A stretch of DNA of 60,161 nt. Source: Candidatus Daviesbacteria bacterium. GTDB lineage: Bacteria; Patescibacteriota; Microgenomatia; Daviesbacterales; UBA10151. A program made the translations under genes and the position numbers. The notes beneath the pieces are model-generated. The model made no database searches and had not been told where the DNA came from. It saw only the letters and a list, made by a program, of their open reading frames with translations. The first letter of the stretch is position 1; the number at the start of each line of letters is the position of its first letter. Location of the stretch: the NCBI GenBank assembly GCA_003519445.1, contig DOWS01000020.1:1-60161 (forward strand), given 5' to 3'. This document shows, in pieces, positions 58,368-60,161 of the stretch.

Positions 58368-59316
58368 AGATGATTGTTTTATTTTCTTTTAATTTTTCAA
58401 GCATTTTTTGATAAGTCAAAAGGCCGGGCTGGGGGCCCACTTGTTCAACTACCGAGGCCCCGTTGGCTGCTCCCCATCTCATGGCCTCTTTTAAATCCTT
58501 GCCATGAAAAAGCCCGGCCAAGGTACCAGTAGCATAAGCATCTCCCGCGCCTGTCATCTCTACCAGTTTGGCCGGAAAAACTTCTAAATGATAGTATGTT
58601 TCTCCGTCAAATCCATACGAACCCTTGTCTCCGTCAGTAATAACTGCCATTTTAGGACCTAAATCACAAATTCCCTGAAGTAGTTTTTTAATAGTTAAAT
58701 TTCCCAAAATAATTTTTGCCTCTTCCAGATTAACAATAAAAACTTCTGTTAAAGATAAAAGTCTGGGATTTTTTTTAACTCCCAATTTAATTTGAAAAGT
58801 GCCGGGATTATAAAGCATTCTGGCTCCAGACCTTTCCAGATAATTTGTCATCTGCTGCAATAAATTAGAATCTGCAAAAGTGGGGGATAGGGAAGTAAAA
58901 TAGACCCATTTTGATTTATCCAGATCAGGCAAATGATATTTCCAAGGCTGGTGAAAAATTAAAATAGTTCGTTCGCCTTTATAATTTAAAACTACATGAT
59001 GGTTAGAGGGAAGGTCTTTATTTGTCACTACATATCTTGTATCAACTCCCTCATCTTTTAAATGATCTTTAATTCTCACTCCGTCATGATCCCCACCCAC
59101 ATTAATATAGGCAGATGTTTTTAATTTCAGACGGGACGCACCCACTGCAGAATTACAGGCATTTCCTGCTACCTGCACAACAGAATCCCCCACTGGAATT
59201 TTATCCCCATACCTTAAACAAAGTTCACGGAGGTTTTCATTAAAATGCACATGCGCATCAGTCAAGGGCACAAAAGTATCAATAACAGCATCCCCAATGG
59301 AAATTAAATCAAACAT
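58354..59316 (-). CDS. PfkB-family carbohydrate kinase
   Basis: VAGNACNSAVG, TGAGDAYATG (PfkB signature 2). Confidence 0.8.
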   Translation of the reverse strand: MFDLISIGDAVIDTFVPLTDAHVHFNENLRELCLRYGDKIPVGDSVVQVAGNACNSAVGASRLKLKTSAYINVGGDHDGVRIKDHLKDEGVDTRYVVTNKDLPSNHHVVLNYKGERTILIFHQPWKYHLPDLDKSKWVYFTSLSPTFADSNLLQQMTNYLERSGARMLYNPGTFQIKLGVKKNPRLLSLTEVFIVNLEEAKIILGNLTIKKLLQGICDLGPKMAVITDGDKGSYGFDGETYYHLEVFPAKLVEMTGAGDAYATGTLAGLFHGKDLKEAMRWGAANGASVVEQVGPQPGLLTYQKMLEKLKENKTIISKEI

Positions 59317-59323
59317 TAATTTA

Positions 59324-59332
59324 AGTTTAACA
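59324..59332 (-). promoter_or_regulatory. extended -10 (TGT-TAAACT), 7 nt upstream of ATG 59316
   Basis: Minus strand: tgtTAAACT-taaatta-ATG. Confidence 0.4.
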
Positions 59333-59350
59333 TAAAGTCAAAACGAGAAA

Positions 59351-59458
59351 TTATTTGAAGAGAATAAAGAAAGCTAACAGAAAAACAATCATTAATAAAC
59401 TAAAAGCAATTCCCACTTTAATATTCACATCATAAAAATCTAATTTTCTGTTTTTCAT
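59351..59458 (-). CDS. possible 35-aa single-TM peptide
   Basis: MKNRKLDFYDVNIKVGIAFSLLMIVFLLAFFILFK. ATGA overlap with the ORF 59455..59649. Confidence 0.25.
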   Translation of the reverse strand: MKNRKLDFYDVNIKVGIAFSLLMIVFLLAFFILFK

Positions 59459-59649
59459 ATTGAACCCTTTTTAAAATAAAAAGACACTACTAAACAAAAT
59501 ATACCAGCTAATATATCAAAAGTAAATAACCAAAAGTTCAAACGGAGTGTTTTCTTTGAAGTGGAAGGTACAATCAATGCTGCTGCAAACCAACCTGCTG
59601 ATAAATTGACAAATAAATCTGAAGTAACCGAGAACCAGAGTCTGTCCAT
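59455..59649 (-). CDS. small 2-TM membrane protein (64 aa)
   Basis: Two hydrophobic helices. Confidence 0.4.
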   Translation of the reverse strand: MDRLWFSVTSDLFVNLSAGWFAAALIVPSTSKKTLRLNFWLFTFDILAGIFCLVVSFYFKKGSI

Positions 59650-59657
59650 TTAGTATC

Positions 59658-59666
59658 AGTTTATCA
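59658..59666 (-). promoter_or_regulatory. extended -10 (TGA-TAAACT), 8 nt upstream of ATG 59649
   Basis: Minus strand: tgaTAAACT-gatactaa-ATG. Confidence 0.4.
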
Positions 59667-59722
59667 CAATACAAAATTAAATTGTTAATAAAAACGGTAG
59701 GTTAAAAGATATTTAACTTTGT

Positions 59723-60115
59723 TCATTTATTCTTCCAATCTTTTATTAATTGTCTCAAGAAGAAAAATCCAATAATCGGATAGAAAATTGCTGTGATCAC
59801 ACCAGGATAATAATCATTGATAATGATTGCTTTTAAGATATGGTGCGACTCAAAAATAAATACGAAGCTAAATAAGGTCATCAGAAATAATCCAATGCGT
59901 TTGATGTGGAATAGTATAAAAAGGATAGGTAATAATAACCAATAAATTGTATGAAAAATCCAGTAGAAATTTTCAGGAGTAGTACCAAAATATCTACCGC
60001 CATAAATTATAAATGAATCTGACGAAGGAAATCCTCCAATAATTTCTTCAAATCCATGTAGATAAATTAGGAGTAAAGAAATAAGGAAAAGGCTGTTTAA
60101 TTTATTTGAAGCCAT
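59723..60115 (-). CDS. HXXEE-domain membrane protein
   Basis: LHGFEEIIGG (H-x-x-E-E) in the first helix, second H in ESHHILK. 4 TM. Confidence 0.5.
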   Translation of the reverse strand: MASNKLNSLFLISLLLIYLHGFEEIIGGFPSSDSFIIYGGRYFGTTPENFYWIFHTIYWLLLPILFILFHIKRIGLFLMTLFSFVFIFESHHILKAIIINDYYPGVITAIFYPIIGFFFLRQLIKDWKNK

Positions 60116-60123
60116 GTAATATT

Positions 60124-60132
60124 AGTTTACCA
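60124..60132 (-). promoter_or_regulatory. extended -10 (TGG-TAAACT), 8 nt upstream of ATG 60115
   Basis: Minus strand: tggTAAACT-aatattac-ATG. Confidence 0.4.
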
Positions 60133-60161
60133 GTTTATTGAACCCGTTTCAAAACTCCATT

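Noticed and set aside
1-60161. Alternative genetic code (UGA recoding), as in some CPR lineages.
   Set aside because: RF2 is present, TGA terminates well-defined genes (serS, the CAP gene), and no conserved gene is split by an in-frame TGA.

Overview
A 60.2-kb, tightly packed, AT-rich bacterial chromosome segment. GC was judged by eye only (mid/high 30s %), not computed. It uses the standard genetic code: an RF2 gene is present, UGA serves as a stop (e.g. serS), and no ORF is interrupted by in-frame stops. The gene content resembles a small-genome CPR/Patescibacteria-like organism; this is inference, since no search was possible.

Housekeeping genes present: secA, lon, lysS, serS, prfB, greA, ftsE/ftsX plus an M23 hydrolase, nrdR/nrdJ, cobA, hppA, amt/glnA, trxB, tsaB, tsaE and one tRNA-Glu.

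These are interleaved with a very dense surface-glycosylation repertoire: three polyprenyl-phosphate-type GT2 enzymes; five GT-C membrane glycosyltransferases, one of them fused to a GT2; and gmd, rfbA/B/C and a galE-like gene. There are also peptidoglycan-remodelling genes (S11 carboxypeptidase, L,D-transpeptidase, cyclophilin), a two-component pair and one DUF433/DUF5615 toxin-antitoxin pair.

I see no CRISPR array, rRNA, prophage, integrase or recognisable defence island, and I cannot point to one clear-cut new multi-gene system.

The signals the ORF list does not explain are:
1. An HUH/Y1 (RAYT/IS200-like) transposase bracketed by two direct copies of a 40-nt structured repeat, with a third orphan copy 19 kb away.
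2. A 56-nt perfect-hairpin element in two identical copies, one of them read in frame inside tsaB.
3. A duplicated secA 3' end flanking a single low-GC ORF, which looks like a cassette-insertion scar.
4. About 20 operon-first genes with a (TGn)TAnnnT -10 box 6-8 nt upstream of the start codon, implying pervasive leaderless mRNAs and correcting several ORF-track starts.
5. Unusual architectures: a GT2::GT-C fusion, a YbaK-like::Asp/Glu-racemase-like fusion lacking one catalytic Cys, and an apparently circularly permuted M23 domain in the FtsEX partner.
6. Small regulatory or structural elements: an NrdR box, a TTGAAAATT motif array, a candidate sRNA with a clean intrinsic terminator, and a long imperfect hairpin.

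All functional calls come from reading motifs in the translations and from memory of the families. None has been checked against a database.
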